From: Tubiluchus corallicola
Lineage: Eukaryota; Animalia; Priapulida
Length of the DNA: 64,000 nucleotides
Reading direction: 5' to 3'
NCBI GenBank assembly: GCA_030141605.1
Contig: JAQGDQ010000014.1
Span: 992,001 to 1,056,000, forward strand
Shown: one piece after another, positions 13,901 to 27,200 of the stretch
How the letters are laid out: each line of letters begins with the position of its first letter
Position numbering within the stretch: the first letter of the stretch is position 1
Notes under the pieces: generated by a model
Told to the model about the DNA's origin: nothing
The model's database searches: none
What the model saw: the letters and a program-made list of their open reading frames with translations, nothing else
Made by a program: the position numbers and the translations under genes

Positions 13901-16698
13901 TATTTTTGATTAGTTCCCTCAAGTTCGACATGCCACTTAGTTGTGTTGAGCAGCGATAAAAACAATTGTTGTTTTGGAGATATTTTGCCCATAGTTTTTT
14001 TATTCTATTGTTATGAGTCTATTTATTTGTCTTTTCCAAAACATTTTGCGATAAAGTGTACTTCTTCGTCATGTCAATATAATTTATGCTAATTTCCTCC
14101 CTAAACAGTATCAATAGCTAATTAACATAACAGGTAGGCCTATATTTATTGTGAGTTGAATATAACTTAGGTCTACAGTTTTCTTGTTCAGTTTGTATAT
14201 CTGAATTACTAGTAGTACATGTATGCATCATTTTCTTCTCAGAGTACATGGTTTCGACCAAATGAATAATCTGTCTGGTGTCAGAGCCGTCTTGCATAAT
14301 GTAATTCTCAGAGTACATGGTTTCAACCAAATGAATAATCTGTCTGGTGTCAGAGCCGTCTTGCATAATGTAACCTATAGGTCAAACTCCTAAGCTATAT
14401 CATGTTGCTTTGTCTTCATGCCTATCGCAGCCATCAGAGATTTTGACCATCAAAAACCGCAACCTTTTATAAACAAGAACCTGTTTTATGATGTACCTAC
14501 TACATTACCATAGTTAGTCCAGTTACATAAAATTCCATGACTTTTTATTCTGATTCAAAAAGGGTGAACGGCAATTGAAAACTAATTACCGGACTGTTTC
14601 TTTACTTCCCTGTTTGTCTAAAGTATTAGAAATAATAATTTATAAGCATTTGTATAAGTATTTATTTATTGATAATAAATTGATAACAAGCAGAAACTCA
14701 GGATTTAAACCGAATGATGGTACAGTCTATCAGTTATTATTTATTACTCACAGACTGTATGAGGCACTGGATAATATCTAAGATGCAAGAGCAGTATTTC
14801 TTGATATATCCAAAGCGTTTGACAGGGTCTGGCACAGAGGCCTGCTACTTAAATTACGGCAAAATGGCATCAAAGGTAACCTTCTAATGTGGTTCCAATC
14901 CTATTTAACACAAAGACAACAAAGAGTAATAATCAATGGGAAATCATCGAATTTTAACTACACTAATGCAAGAGTGCCACAAGGCTCTATTCTAGTCTCT
15001 ATTCTTTTCTTGGTCTTCATGAACGACTTGATAAATAATATCGAATGTGATATCATATTGTTTCCTGACGATACCTCATTAACTGATGTCGTTCACGATC
15101 CAATCGTATCAGTCACTCGTTTAAACAATGATCTTGCGAAAATTTACACTTGGTCTAAACAATGGAATGTATCATTTAATCCAGATAAGACTGAAGTTGT
15201 ATATTTTACTTGTAAATTCTATCCACTATTACAGCCCCTCGATACTTGAACAATGTAGCCTTAAAAATGGCACCCTTTCACAAACACTTAGGTATCTACT
15301 TTCAGTCAAACCTAAAATGGTATAGTATACTATAGTGAACATCACGTATACTATGTTGAATGTACATTGAAAAGGCTCAGCCACGCATCGATCTTATTAA
15401 AAAAATATCCCGCGTTATATCACAAATTGTTCTTGAACATTGTTATAAATCAATGATCAGGCCCATTCTAGAATATGCTAGCCCAGTATGATGTAATATT
15501 ACTTTCCTTTTTGTTAAATATGTTAGAGATAACTCAGAAACGTGCAGCTTATGTTTGTAGCAAAGCAATGAAGGGTTCACAAACATCTAAATTAGTTATA
15601 TTGTTAAACTGTTATGACTGTGGATTTGAATACCTTTATAAAAGATGGTTACTCATAAGTTGATATTGTTTTGTAAAATTGTAAATAGTATGTCACCCCC
15701 TTACTTACATGATTTGTTGCCTCTGGTTAACAGAGACTTATCCACATATAATCTTATAAATCGTAAGAACTTTGCATTGTTTCATGTACACAGTGAACAT
15801 TTTTATAAATATTTTTTCCTTGCCACCATCGTTAATCATTTCCACCATTGGTCGTTTTGTCAGTTCTTTGAAAAAACACTTCAGTTTTACTAATAGACTC
15901 AAACATTACTCAAACGGTTCACCTCCTAACTCTATTCACCACACACAATTAAGGGTGAGTTTCTCTCAGTTAAATGAGTATTTAAACAGCCACGGTTGTA
16001 GAGATTCAATGGGTAACCTTGTTCTTAAAAATTGTATCTGTGGTTTTCAAATTGAATGTATTAAACATTTTTTGCTTGATTGCCCTTTGCACGTTGCTGG
16101 TAGAGAGGAACTCGAAGAACAACTAACAAACCTATACCAAACAAACACAATTACCTTTTAATATAAATAACCTTGATCCACAGTTAAAAATTTCAGTTTT
16201 TCTTTCTGGTAGTTCTCTACTAAGTTATGATAAGAACATCATCCTATTTGACCTGGTACACCAATATATTAGTTCATCTAACTGTTTTAATTATCAGAAT
16301 TAAAAATTGGAATAGTTATGTATATTTTGGGATAGATTTGCTTTTCCTGTTAAAATGCACTCTTGTTAATTTTGCAGCCTGAGGCAACTCGATCAGCATT
16401 AACTTGCTGTTTGCCAAAGGCAATTGTTTCACGTTTATAAAAAATAACTACCCTACATTTTAGCAGTCGTACCTAGTGCTGCAGCCATGGCTGACCCAAC
16501 CATGCCTCCCCCTGAAATAATGACATCGTATTCAAAATCGTGCTTTTCGGCTGTACTGGGGTGCCATGAAGTGCCAGCAGAAAACCATCGAACTGAAACA
16601 GAGCTTGTCCAAGCAATAGAGAAGTTCTCGATTTTCACGCGTCTCTTGACTGCCCTACAGGCTAAGGTAAAGAGTGACTTAAAAACAGTATTGTTCAT
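3228..16698 (-). CDS. COQ6: Ubiquinone biosynthesis monooxygenase COQ6 (FAD-dependent), 13 coding exons
   Basis: Exons read with GT-AG ends and consistent phases: 16473-16698, 12602-12739, 11039-11097, 10033-10179, 9161-9283, 8771-8878, 7643-7705, 7282-7389, 5931-6009, 5162-5285, 4210-4325, 3649-3815, 3228-3263. They sum to 1494 nt (497 aa + stop). Motifs: basic N-terminal presequence, [12 protein letters not shown] (FAD Rossmann), [52 protein letters not shown]. The last exon ([11 protein letters not shown]) is the least certain. Confidence 0.95.
4728..5129. mobile_element. ~400-bp MITE (PIF/Harbinger-like) in a COQ6 intron
   Basis: Imperfect ~29-bp TIRs: left ggcaggtttaagtcgaccttgcgatgcaa, right (reverse complement) ggccgagcttgggtcgaccttgtgatgcaa. 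TAA-like flanks, GC-richer than the surrounding intron, no ORF. Confidence 0.65.
7935..7980. repeat. (TA)n microsatellite
   Basis: Direct reading. Confidence 0.95.
11740..11806. repeat. 23-bp tandem repeat, about 3 copies
   Basis: tgttaacctggc(g/a)tg(t/c)tgcctac repeated. Confidence 0.85.
12000..12560 (-). mobile_element. 5S rRNA-derived SINE (SINE3) with RTE-like body and tail
   Basis: On the minus strand: 120-nt 5S head (12555-12436) with no oligo-T terminator, then a ~420-nt GC-rich body, then the tail CACTCCATTGTCGTCTGAGACAGAAGGATGC(CAA)n. Perfect 12-bp TSD gatggaaacact at 11988-11999 and 12561-12572. Confidence 0.9.
12436..12555 (-). rRNA. 5S rRNA: 5S rRNA sequence (full length) serving as a SINE head rather than a canonical rDNA unit
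   Basis: Reverse complement reads GTCTACGGCCAAATCACGTTGAAAACACCGGTTCTCGTCTGATCACCGAAGTTAAGCAACGTAGAGCCTGGGTAGTGCTTGGATGGGTGACCACCTAGGAATACCAGGTGCTGTAGGCTT. This matches metazoan 5S, with box A (AGTTAAGC) and box C (TGGATGGGTGAC) of the internal Pol III promoter. Confidence 0.85.
13150..16445 (+). mobile_element. Degenerate CR1/L2-group LINE in COQ6 intron 1 (antisense to the gene): ORF1 remnant plus broken RT and C-terminal CCHC
   Basis: ORF1-like L1-type RRM/CTD text ([19 protein letters not shown]...[11 protein letters not shown]...GKLYIDG, about 13450-13834). RT motifs [59 protein letters not shown]-terminal [10 protein letters not shown]...CICG...HFLLDCP. Many stops and frameshifts; endonuclease region missing. 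Boundaries approximate. Confidence 0.85.
14237..14372. repeat. 69-bp tandem duplication inside the LINE
   Basis: tctcagagtacatggtttc(g/a)accaaatgaataatctgtctggtgtcagagccgtcttgcataatgtaa occurs twice. Confidence 0.9.
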
Positions 16699-19419
16699 TC
16701 TGGAACGAATAACATTGTAAGGATTTAAAAATAATTTTTCAATATTCCTCGAATTCGTGTCTCAATTATAGAAAAACGTGCGACCATTTACAAGAAGAGC
16801 TGCTGCATAAGATGTGCGGATTTTTTTTACATAATATTCAAACCAAGCCGACGCACCGCGTTTGATCCACAAGGAAATTTGCTCACACTCAAAAGTGCTC
16901 GTAGGGTAGCCCAATGTATTGACAAGCAATAAATTTTATTATTATCAATGACTATGTCTACGTCTATACTTACGCCTTCAATGATTTTATCATGAATGAT
17001 ATTCGGATCATGAAACCGACAACGAGGGATTTTCCACAACATCTCTTGTTCAGTCTGCCAAAATCTGCTATGGTGCAGCTGTTGTCATAATTATAGGAAT
17101 ATGAAAGTGCTGAGGAACTACTCTCCTTAAACGTCAAAGTGAAGGGGATACCTCAGGTCCCTCATTCGCAGGTAATCCAAGAAGAAAAACTCATGCTGCA
17201 TCTGTGATTATGACAATAATTTAATTAGGGCTAAACATAATGAGCTACTTGTTTCTCAGTAATGAAAGACCTTGCCAAAAATTTGATTGATGAAAACGCA
17301 GTACACTAAATTTCAGCACATCCATTTGGAACTGCTGCAGCAGGTGGCCAAAAAACAAAAACTTAAGAATTATGTTCCAGCTCACTGCCACCGTGAGAAA
17401 CACACTAGATTCAATTGTCACAGAAGATCATTTTGCACAGAGCCGCTAGTTCAGTCCAACAATTCCTCTTATGATTATCAACAATCAGAAATAATAAAGT
17501 CCTGAAAGGCCACCCTTTTGAAGCTACAGAGAAATATGGGACACGTCAACTCGTCCCTCTTCACAGGTAACAGAAGAAAATCTTTTTTTTATACATTATT
17601 CTGTTGATTTGTGGATGGATGTCACAGTTGTAGCCTACTTGGTACCGAACCAACCTGGGTAGTTTTAGCCCTTGTGGTCGAGGTACCATCTGCAGTTCAG
17701 TATATTATAAGTAATTAGCTTCCTCTGCACTAATTAACACTGACAAAAACTTGATTACTGACTCGGAGAGGTAACACTCTCTATAATAAAGGTTGATTAG
17801 TAAACCTTTAGGGTGGCCAAAATGACCTGAAACATTCTGTTCCAGCTCACCCAGAAGACAGTGCAAAACATCTTTGTATCAAGTGGTGGGTAAGCAGTTC
17901 CATTACCGTAGTATTGAGATCTTCTGCAACACCTTAATTCAGACTGCGAAAATCTGCTACGATACAGATGCGGGAACAAGAAAGTGTCAAAGAGATGACA
18001 AATGTCCAGCTGCAGATATGACTGATAGATCTATTTAGTAAGTGACATGGTTTCAGTTTTCCTGGTACTGTTTGCACATACTAGTTTTTGTCCTAGAAAT
18101 GTCATCTTGTTTCATTTTTCAAAAATTGGCTGCTTCGTAAATTAGCTACACCACTGAAACCAATCTTGTGTAGGCCTTCGATGTGACTGCTGTGGTTGTT
18201 GCTTAACTCCAGGTGTATGGATTTCACAGTAGCTTGTGAGTATGCAGTCACCAACCTCATTCTTGACTGGTCAACTAATAGTTCACCTATTCTTTTAGAT
18301 AATAGCTTTGACTGAATGTGTACTACTCTAATTACTGCGTGAAAATGTTCACTACAGTTATACCATAATGAAAATAACCCACCTGCAGATATGGCAGATT
18401 GCTGTATTTGGTAAGTGATAGTGGACTGTATTATGCTGGCGCTGCTCCCATCGCTGGACTGGATATTTTCGTTCTGGATATCTTGCCTTCACTGACTTTT
18501 GAAAAACTTGGCTGCGTCATAAGTTATGTTACACTACTGAACCGACCTTGAAGCATTTCACAGGTGTCTAGCTAAGATGCCCAGGTCAGTAACTGTAACT
18601 GTCCGAGAATTTCTAAGTATTGTTAAACTAGACCACTTCTAATTTTAAGGAGCAGCACGCCTAAACTTAATACAGCAGAATACATTATGTTATCGAAAAT
18701 CTGATAATTATTGTACGCAAATAATGCATTATGTACACGTTGTAGTTCCATTTTTGAATTCTCTAAGTCAAAAACTAGGCATCAATGTCAATTCTATGTC
18801 AGTGGCAGTTTGATTTAATTATCTAGTTATTAGTTTAATGTACATGCTTATTTCACTCTACATACTTTTAGTTCAAAGTTTCAAAATGCGCAGGAGTGAC
18901 AAAGGGCCACAATTAATATTGTTGAAAGGGACGGTCACAACACGAAAAAAACTGCTGAGAGAAAATTACCTCAGAAATGCCAAAAGCTTAGTCAAAAATA
19001 ACTTTCGACTGCTGGAGTATAATGATAATTTACTAATTAGTTGGATTTCATAACACATTCATTACAAGTAACAGATAAGCACAAACAAATCAACACCACT
19101 AAAGTTTAACCCCATTGTTTTTGTAGGTAAAATATCATGAAAATGCTGGAAAGTTCTATTTTGTCATAACAAAGTTGGCCTGTCTTATACAATATTAGTG
19201 AATTACACTGCATAAAAAGAAAGACTTTTTAAACAGGCATAGATACCTACTAGGTTAACTTTTGTGGTGGGTAGGAAGGCAGTATACTTGTTTAATTAGC
19301 TGCCTCTTTAAGTGGCAACCACCAAGATTCTTGCACTGCTAGAAATTTTCTTGTTATGCTAGAAGCAATAAATAAAATTTTATTTTAGCAACAAATAAAT
19401 ATTAACATGACAACATATT

Positions 19420-19640
19420 ATTGCTGACAATGCAACAGTAAGGAAATTTGAAGAAAATTGCATAATATTTCACAAGACGTTTCTCTTAACTTTAGAACTT
19501 CACAACGAGATCCTCCTGGGTTCAGAACTTTCTTCAAGTGGTCTGCTCTGCTGAAAGTGTTTCGCGTAGCCAAGAAACTATGATGTGAAAATGTTAATAG
19601 CATCACTGAAGCTGCCATGAAAGTGATGCAAATTGAAGAC
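19420..19640 (-). pseudogene. Decayed PIF/Harbinger transposase fragment
   Basis: SFLATRNTFS...LRETSCEILCNFLQ resembles the Harbinger/HARBI1 'LRFLATGxxFxxL...IxETCxxIWxxL' segment. Confidence 0.45.
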
Positions 19641-19840
19641 TGAAATCTTGATACACCTAAGATTTAGCGTTACAGTGTCATAAGCCTTGTACCACATTGC
19701 TAGTAAAGTCTAGTACAAGTCTAGTTTAATATATTTTTAATTACACAGTTATTGTTAATTATCAGTTTATATACTAGGTTCTGATCATATGCTGTGTATC
19801 GTGTACATGCGAAATAATTCAAATAAAGAAAAATTAATAA

Positions 19841-19958
<118 letters not shown>

Positions 19959-22594
19959 ACAAAACCTTTTCCTCCTAATTGTAAGGGAGGAAACAATAAC
20001 AATTTTAGTTTGTAGTAGTTGTAGTTTGTCAAAAACAAGAAAGCAAAGTGACGAAAAAGAATATTATGACAGTGAGGATGAAAGCTAGTTAAACCAATCA
20101 GAGTCAAGGCGATTTAACCACCGATTATATACTGCTTTAGAAAATTTAATTTGCAATTTTACTGACAAAAGTTTTTCTTGCTTGAAAAATCTCAGTACCA
20201 GACAATGATAGCTTCAACTATAATAGTTCAACTGCCAAATTTTTTCTGATTATAACATTTTACGATTTTTGTATGACGAATAATAAATTTGATGTCGAAT
20301 CTACATTGCTAAAATAACTCTAACTGATTGATGATCACATGTACAGAAGTCGTAACAACGTATGTCGATCAGCAATATGACTAAAACTGTAACTGTACGA
20401 GAAAATTGACGCCACTTCCCGAAAGTTTTGTTTTAAGAACCACTAGAGCCAAAAGTTTGGCGGCCATCCACATAATTTATAACGATATCAAGTTTTTGGT
20501 CGATTTCGAGGACCTACCTACCTGGTGTTATAATGGCGCTGTCACATGCCCCACCAGCTACCTACCGCTTATATGCAACATCACACCGATGTAGCCTTCT
20601 GTATATTTTATTCTTCCTCCTCAAAGGCATCGGCGGTGGAGGCGGTTCACTGAACTCATTCTCATCGACCCATTCTGCAGATTCCTCCTCCTCCTGGCCG
20701 TGAAGTTGAAAAAAAACGTGAAGTCAAATAACGATATCTTGACTAAATACCTACCTTCAATGGTGTTATCACGTCTCTTGCCACAACACCTACCCTAAAC
20801 TTAATATCGTTATATGTGGATGGCCCCTTTATTACCAGTTACAGCTTTAATTAATTGCATAAAAGGTTTTTAAACCCAAGTACCTACTGGGTTAGCCTTC
20901 GTAGCTGAACCTGAAATCACCAAATCTGTTTAATTACTGTCCACACTTCCCAACTCCATCCAAGATTCTTGCAGTTTTCTTGTTTTCACTAGACTAATGA
21001 AATATCATGATAAAATGCTGTTTCTGTCTTTCGGAGAATTTTGCAGTGAGAGAATTTGAGGAACTTTGCACGGTATCCACCTGCAGACATTTATTTTAAC
21101 TTCAGAAGTTCACCTGGACCAACCGTTCTGCATGAGCTTCTCCAACTGTCTCCTGAATGTGTCTACCATAGCCAAAATTTTTTTGCCATGCCATTCAAGT
21201 CTTTGACGAGAAAACGTTTATGATGCCACTGAAGACGCCAGATGCCACTTAAGGCATCCTATTTGATAAGCTAATAGAGTCGCGCAGCGCCTTTATCAAT
21301 AAAGTCCATTTCCCACGTTTTCATGTTTTTATTTATACAGCACTTCAATTAAAATACAACTCGTATTATACCTGTTTAATATAAGTGCACCTTATTAATT
21401 GTTCGCCAAGACTAACCTAAAGTAGATAAATTAGCACTAAATTTATTCAAATATTAGACTAATTATGTTACGAGAAAAGTCTGAATGGACCAGATCTGTG
21501 GTTGCCTGTCTGTAGGCAACGATGTACTAGCTTCTTAACTGGGTTTTGCTAAAATACCGTTATATATGTAATATCGTAGTTTGTAAACCAAAGAAGGAAA
21601 TAGGGCGAGATCAGTGAACGAATTAACGGATAAACTGCTTCGATTCTGACTTCTAGAAATTTCATTCGCCATGCTGATTCCGCCTCTTTTCTGGTAGAGG
21701 AAGGATCTACGCACACGAGCATGACTAAGACACCTCATCCAATTCAATCACTTATCTTAGAGGCACAGCCTTGGTATCATATATGTTTATTTTTTTGGAA
21801 ATGCTGTTATACAGTCTATGTAAACTATATACAGTTAATATTAATGAATGTGATATGACAGCATGCATAATTGATGGCAAGAACCAGAAGTAAAACTTGT
21901 GTGGATTTGTGTCACACAAAAAACAGTAGGTAAGTATGAAGCTCTAATTCATATGAGTAGCAAAAATATATTGTTTATGTGACGACTTGAAGCGGTATTC
22001 TACATTGAGGGGCAATGAGTTCCATATTTTAGGTTCGCTGTAGCTAATGAAATGTTTTGCAAGATTGGTTATAAATACATGTTGTACGTAAAAATTTTAT
22101 TTCGAACTACATGTGAAAGTTCATAGAAAACACATAATGTATTGTTACGGGGGCGAAATTCCATTTCTTTCCCCCCTCCCTTTACATTGTGATTGTTCGA
22201 TCCATTACACGATCCATTGCATATCACTGCATAGCAGCTATAAGTAACTGGTATGGAATAGCCTGGTCTGTCAGTCGGCGACGGATAGGTGCATTTACCA
22301 CCTAAGCACCTGTTCCGTACATGATCAGCATGGGGAACGCAGGAAAAGATTCTGGCTAGTTTTCATCTTAATTTTCTGTTTCTTGTCTATTTTCTCATCT
22401 ACAACATTTGTCTGCACATATGTTAGGTACTTCGGTATTTTCATAATTTTATTCATTCTATCTAATAATTGTGCTGTGTTTTATGTAATATGATATTTTA
22501 TTTATGAGATTCTGTTGCACTTATGCCAAACGTAATGCCAGATTTCAAACGATTGAAAAGAAGAATTCATTATAGCCTTGATGGAATCACGAAT

Positions 22595-23530
22595 GTAGGA
22601 AAAACGACACAGGAAAAAATGGCATAAATGGAAAATTAGGTAAAAATGGCTCAGGAAAAACGGCACACTTAGTAATACATGTGCTTAGGGTTAGGGTTAC
22701 TGTGGGCATAATTATTTTAGTTATTTTTACTTCTGCCAGGGTTGTTATACTTCAACATAGTTTATTTGTTTTTGTCTGTTATGGCAGCAAGCCTATTACG
22801 CAAAAACTGTATAACAGATTTCCAAGAAACTTTGTGAAGAAAAGAGGATATCGAGTGCCAAAATATGAATCTTTTTTTGCAAAACTTGGCCAAAACACCA
22901 AGTACAAAAACGTTTGTGAAGCACTTCATGGAGGTCTCAGAAGGAGTGATTAGTAATTCTTTTTTATTATCTCCGAAAGGACACACAACTACGAGTTAGT
23001 TCCAATTTTCATTTCTAGAAAAAACGCTTGTAAAACTCCGTAAGGCTGTCTATAGCCTTTGCTTATTAATGCGTATAGCCCTACCACTGCCAAAATCAAT
23101 GGTAAAAAGGTAGATAAACAATATGTGGAACATTCGTGTATTATTGATTATAAATACATTTAATATTTAATAAACAAATATTTTGCGAGTTATTTTGCTA
23201 GTTTATATAATATCAATACTTGTACATTTTTGTGTTTGCTTGTGTTAATTTTTTTGAATCAAAAGAATCAGACGCATAAAATTCGCTTTATTCGGTTTTG
23301 GCAGGAATCTGCTTCCTACTGAGTGCATTCTAGTTTTACTATAGAAATCAATTGCATCAAAATAACTTATGTTCCATTTTTACATATTTTTCCATTTCTG
23401 CCATTTTTTCCTGTGCAATTTTTAGGTGTGCCATTTTTTCCTGCGCCATTTTTACCTACTTTTCCATATTTTCCTGTGCCATTTTACCTACTTTTCCATT
23501 TGTGCCATATTTTCCTGTGCCATTCTTACC
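22595..23530. mobile_element. Foldback-like element: inverted arrays of ~15-bp subrepeats with a TTAGGG core
   Basis: Left arm ggaaaaa(t/c)ggc(a/t)ca-type repeats (22598-22668), ttagggttagggtta at about 22685-22699, right arm tgtgccattttt(t)cc repeats (23370-23530). Confidence 0.65.
22722..22962 (+). mobile_element. Helentron/DINE-like non-autonomous element (HINE) nested in the foldback element
   Basis: 5' ttacttctgccagg, then tttgtttttgtctgtt, attacgcaaaaact...gatttccaagaaacttt, and 3' catggaggtct followed by a T-run. This layout matches DINE-1/HINE-type elements as I recall them. Confidence 0.5.
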
Positions 23531-24091
23531 GCTCGCTAAAACGAATATCATAACACAAAGACGTTTTTTCAAAAAGATGTAAGGAACTATAAGTATAATT
23601 ATTATGCAATATCAAGTATACACTTCTATCATACTTAAAATCTAACTACAACAACTATAATAAAATTATTTATGAGTAGTAGTAAAAGTAGTAGTAGCAG
23701 CAGCAGCAAGAAACAGACAATGATTACAACCAAACAACAAACAACAAAAACACTTCTTCTGTTAATGACTGTATAACATTATAATTATACAGAAAAGTAA
23801 TTAAAAAATTAATAAAACCAAACCGTCGCTCAAATTTCACCTATTCTGTGTACTTTAATAAAGAGTTATTTCAATAACTAGCCGTATAAATAACCAAAGT
23901 GGAAGATTTTACAATTATTCAAAAAACATGTTCTGTTAACAACAATTTGTAACAAAATTAGCTCTTGCAAAACACTGCAAATTTTAAATAGACAGTTTCT
24001 ACATTATGAGTTACAGACAAACGGTTATTTACAAAAAGAGTGAATTTTTGATGACCACATGAAATATTCTCTGCATTATTTCATCTTAAAA

Positions 24092-24256
24092 TTTAGCAAG
24101 TATGTATATTACAAATAGTACTTACGCAAATACGTTTTTGCTTTAGCTGGTAGTAACAGAATTAAAAAATATGTTTAGCAAGTATGTATATTACAAATAG
24201 AACTTACAGTACTTAAGCAAATACGTTTTTGCTTTAGCTGGCAGTAACAGAATTAA
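24092..24256. repeat. ~83-bp tandem duplication
   Basis: tttagcaagtatgtatattacaaatag...gcaaatacgtttttgctttagctgg(t/c)agtaacagaattaa occurs twice. Confidence 0.85.
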
Positions 24257-27200
24257 GAAACATGTCTTGTGTGTAAGATTATAGGCTATGTACAGCAAAA
24301 CGTAAGAACATAAAAATGTCATAAGGGCTATTAGTATTCAATAATACAAACATAACTAAAATCACAAAAAAGTAAGCATAAAATGTACTTATTTTGTATT
24401 ATATTAATTTCATGCAAGAGACAAATTTGAAAACCTGATCGACAACTGTTGAAACGATTAATATCAATTTATACACTAGCACAAAAAATGATTCTGGGCT
24501 AAAAATTAATGACACTTTATTACAATAGTAAAGACTGCAACATATAATGGATGTGTGTTACGGTGGTAACATAAGAATGGACGACTTTCAATGAAAACTT
24601 CAGCCTGATTCTAAACCATTTATCTCCTTTGGCTAAAGGATCTATGAGTGATGCTGACAAGGTCGATCAAAACAAATTATAACTTAAAGTTAACAGTAAT
24701 CCTAGCATGCAAGCCTATAAAAACTTTATTTTACACATTACTTGCTCTATGCATTGGAGTTTATTAACATTTCTAAGTCATTCAGTCACAGCTAAGTAGA
24801 ACCTATTTTGCCTGTTCTACCAGTGCGCAATTCACACTCATCAAAAGCATATCACTGTTTTTTACATAGCTGACTAATGTTTTGCATACATATAATAAGG
24901 TCATTCTTATTATTCGAAACGTGAATTTCAACTATTATTATAACAATAATTATACATCAGCATATCTATAGGTCAATTTAATAACAATTTAATTCTATGG
25001 AGCTTGATGAAATTTCTTTATAAAGCTCATAATCCTAATTTTTGTAGCATAAGAAAATTCAATAGATTCAACAGCTTATGTAAATCATAGGTGTAAACAC
25101 ATGCTGCTACAGTAACATTAAAATTATCTGGTATAAAATTTTAACAGTTTAACAGTGTATAGTCCAACACAATATTATATTACATTACTACAAACAAATA
25201 ATGTGTAATAAAAACTCACATTAGTATTTAGTGTACTAGAAATTGCTTTTTGTGACCTCATCATGGGCAATTTCACAACAAAATTACAATTACTCTACCT
25301 ACATTTATTGTATATTGTTTACAAAACAAAATTTAATATAATGAGCATTACTAAATAGTTAGACACTCTTCCTATGCGAAGAAGACTGCACTCTTTAAGA
25401 AATCTGTAAGAAAACTAGTTACTGTTGAAGATCAACACAAGCAGCAGTAGGTCTCCAAGACAAAAGATATGACTTAAAGGGAAAAAATAGTAAAAAAGTA
25501 AGTAGAGTAGAGGTATACAATCAGTAATACCTGAAAAACAGAACTAACTTCAAACGCTGCACATTGCTTGGCCTATAACATGATGTCAAATATGTGCACT
25601 TCAAGATCAGATCTTGAAAAACAGTGCAAGTCTTAATTAGACTAAGTCTTATGTACTGTGTATTATAAAACCCAATGCGTGGTAAGAAAGTGCATCTACA
25701 TCTACATCAATATCTACAAAAATGGTAGCAACACAAATGAGATGAGATTTTCATCTAGAAAAGCAGTACAGAGAATCAAAGAGAACAAAGCTTGAAATGA
25801 ACTGTGTAACAATCTATAACTACTATACATCAAAACAATGAGAACATATAACAAGCATTAACATTTCAGTTTTCATCACTTAACAAACTGTGCCAATGAA
25901 GCTCGTGCCTGGAATGTTGGCTGAAGAAAGTCCCTTGCAATGGTCCTTCACTTGCAGTGACTTAAGCAGAAGACTTCTTCAATACAGTTCTGTTAGTCAG
26001 TTGGCATCAACAACATTATTGGCCCTGCAAGTGCCAGTTGACCATGGGATTGCACTGAAGATGTCATCTTCCCAAATCATTGCAAGTGAAGGGCTATTGC
26101 AAAGTGCATCTTTAGGCACTACTGTAACAAGAAACACAAAATACATCCAAAAATCGGGGACAGGACATCTAGCCATGAACCGTTCGGGCGCGGGGGGAAA
26201 TTGGGCACGAGACATTTATGAGCTAGTGGCATCGCACACTGCACTTACTTGATCACACAAGAATACACTACTGTAATTAGACTGCCTAAACTGTTTAGTA
26301 AGTTAAACTTTTACGGGCATCCTTTGTTCATTGACCTGTTCACTGATATAGTGATTACGCTACATTTTAATGTCAGAACATGCACAGTTTTATAAAAAAA
26401 GAAATAATTATTTTGCTGAGTATGATTGTGTAATTAAAAGTGAAAAAACTATAACTTCCTATAGAACACAGCTGCTGAGCTCATTGTTATCATACTTTTG
26501 CAACAGGTGCAGCAAAAAGCTTAAATTATTGCTAATCGCATCATTTGGCTCATTAATTAGTCTAGATTCTAGTAGTTTTATGGTTGACACACATTTCTGT
26601 TATTTGGGTGCTTTAATGATACATTACATATTTTTGAAATAAATGCTGTCATATTTTACTAAGAATACTAATGTAAACATTCAGAGTCTTCATCTGCTTC
26701 TTTTATTTTAAAGCTACACATAATACTGAAAGTGGAAAACCACAAAACACAAAGTCGACTCAACTGACTGGTTTTCATCATTATGCATTATTGCATATGT
26801 TTAATTTACTGTAGTGATGATTCTTGAAAAAATGGTGTGATAGTTATTAAACTATATATATACAAAAATGAAAATAAATTAGGCACCCATAAAATTTTAT
26901 TGGTGTCCAAATGTCTCGTGCCCAAGTGTTCTGGTGTCCAAAAATTCCGTATCCGAATAGCCGTGCCCAAATATAATATACTCACAAAATCAACCAGCAT
27001 CCTGCTTGTTCACATTTTCAATACACCTACAGCCATTCATAAGCAACAAAAGTTATATAAAACGATTAATTTTTTAATTAAACGTATTATCTATTCATCA
27101 AGAAAAGTGAGTATTTTTAACCATAAATAGTGCACAGGTCTGCATTTTTGTTTTTCAAATTAAACAAGTGTACTTAGATCATAAAGCCATGTAAACATTA

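Noticed and set aside
22685-22699. True telomere or chromosome fusion site
   Set aside because: Only 2-4 TTAGGG units, always inside inverted-repeat elements.
25890-26252. Alternative last coding exon of SLC1 or a small gene
   Set aside because: No convincing in-phase splice sites or homology; it overlaps a repeat arm.
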